Source: an uncultured Acetobacteraceae bacterium
Lineage (GTDB): Bacteria; Actinomycetota; Thermoleophilia; Solirubrobacterales; Solirubrobacteraceae
NCBI GenBank assembly: GCA_964658375.1
Contig: CAZZYU010000002.1
Location: forward strand, 5,282 to 69,281
DNA: 64,000 nucleotides
Direction of reading: 5' to 3'
The translations under genes were made by a program, and so were the position numbers. Each line of letters opens with the position of its first letter. Within the stretch, counting starts at the first letter, position 1. Under the pieces are notes generated by a model, which searched no databases, was not told the DNA's origin, and worked only from the letters and a program-made list of their open reading frames with translations. Below, piece after piece: positions 63,758-64,000 of the stretch.

Positions 63758-64000
63758 GGTTGTCGCCCATCATGAAGTAGTCACCGGGCGGAACGGTGAT
63801 CGTTTCCCGGAACGTGCACTGAGCGGGGTCGTTCTGGCACGGCTGGACGTAGGAGCCGGTCTCCTCCTTGCCGTTGCGGAACACGTGGCCGTTGACGATC
63901 GTCAGCTTGTCGCCGGGGACGCCGACGACGCGCTTGACGAACGTCTGGCTTGATTTCTGAGGGGTCGGCTTGTCGCACGCCTGGGCGTGCCCGGTGCCCT
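63651..64000 (-). CDS. lepB: Signal peptidase I, C-terminal part (gene continues beyond the window)
   Basis: The frame is open to the window edge. It reads FVKRVVGVPGDKLTIVNGHVFRNGK...YFMMGDNRDYSDDSRFWGPVP. The track M at 63884 is an internal GTG. Confidence 0.85.
   Translation of the reverse strand, partial: GTGHAQACDKPTPQKSSQTFVKRVVGVPGDKLTIVNGHVFRNGKEETGSYVQPCQNDPAQCTFRETITVPPGDYFMMGDNRDYSDDSRFWGPVPQKWIIGDAFFTYWPPDRVGTL

Overview
This is a very GC-rich window (about 70% by eye, not computed). It looks like core chromosome of a high-GC Gram-positive bacterium, in the style of Actinobacteria or Thermoleophilia. Coding density is high, most genes are on the minus strand, and many adjacent genes overlap by 1-4 nt (ATGA, GTGA or TGATG junctions). 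I support 67 protein genes and one tRNA-Asn. There is no rRNA, CRISPR array, transposase or prophage. Most of the six-frame ORF track is antisense or alternate-frame shadow of the real genes. Conserved housekeeping runs, as read on the minus strand: lepB-rnhB-[yraN]-comM-dprA-thiD-...-xerC-whiG/fliA-like sigma-EF-G paralogue; xseB-ispA-dxs-tlyA-nadK-recN-pyrG-M20 peptidase-Nudix-xerD; mutM, recO, dgt-dnaG-(HNH)-tRNA-Asn. Other blocks: a Znu/Mnt-type metal ABC importer plus a Fur-family regulator, followed by a REC-PAS-GGDEF-EAL protein; a photolyase operon facing a MerR-DICT regulator; an icmF operon; an FTR1 iron permease; a sarcosine-oxidase-like/BHMT-like pair. Nothing resembles a known defence island. 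The best candidates for undescribed biology are: (1) a MenA-like prenyltransferase and coupled SRPBCC-like gene divergent from a tocopherol-cyclase-family gene; (2) a KAS III enzyme fused to an unknown ~290-aa N-terminal domain; (3) icmF translationally coupled to a signal-peptide-less BtuF-like protein and a DUF1289 Cys-rich protein. Further oddities: yraN is inverted inside a conserved syntenic block next to a ~135-bp imperfect palindrome; the sigma-factor gene has conserved N-terminal codons upstream of any canonical start; an HNH/HTH gene sits between dnaG and tRNA-Asn; several operator-like palindromes and repeated hairpins occur in the few long intergenic gaps. All family assignments are by-eye motif recognition, and no search was run.
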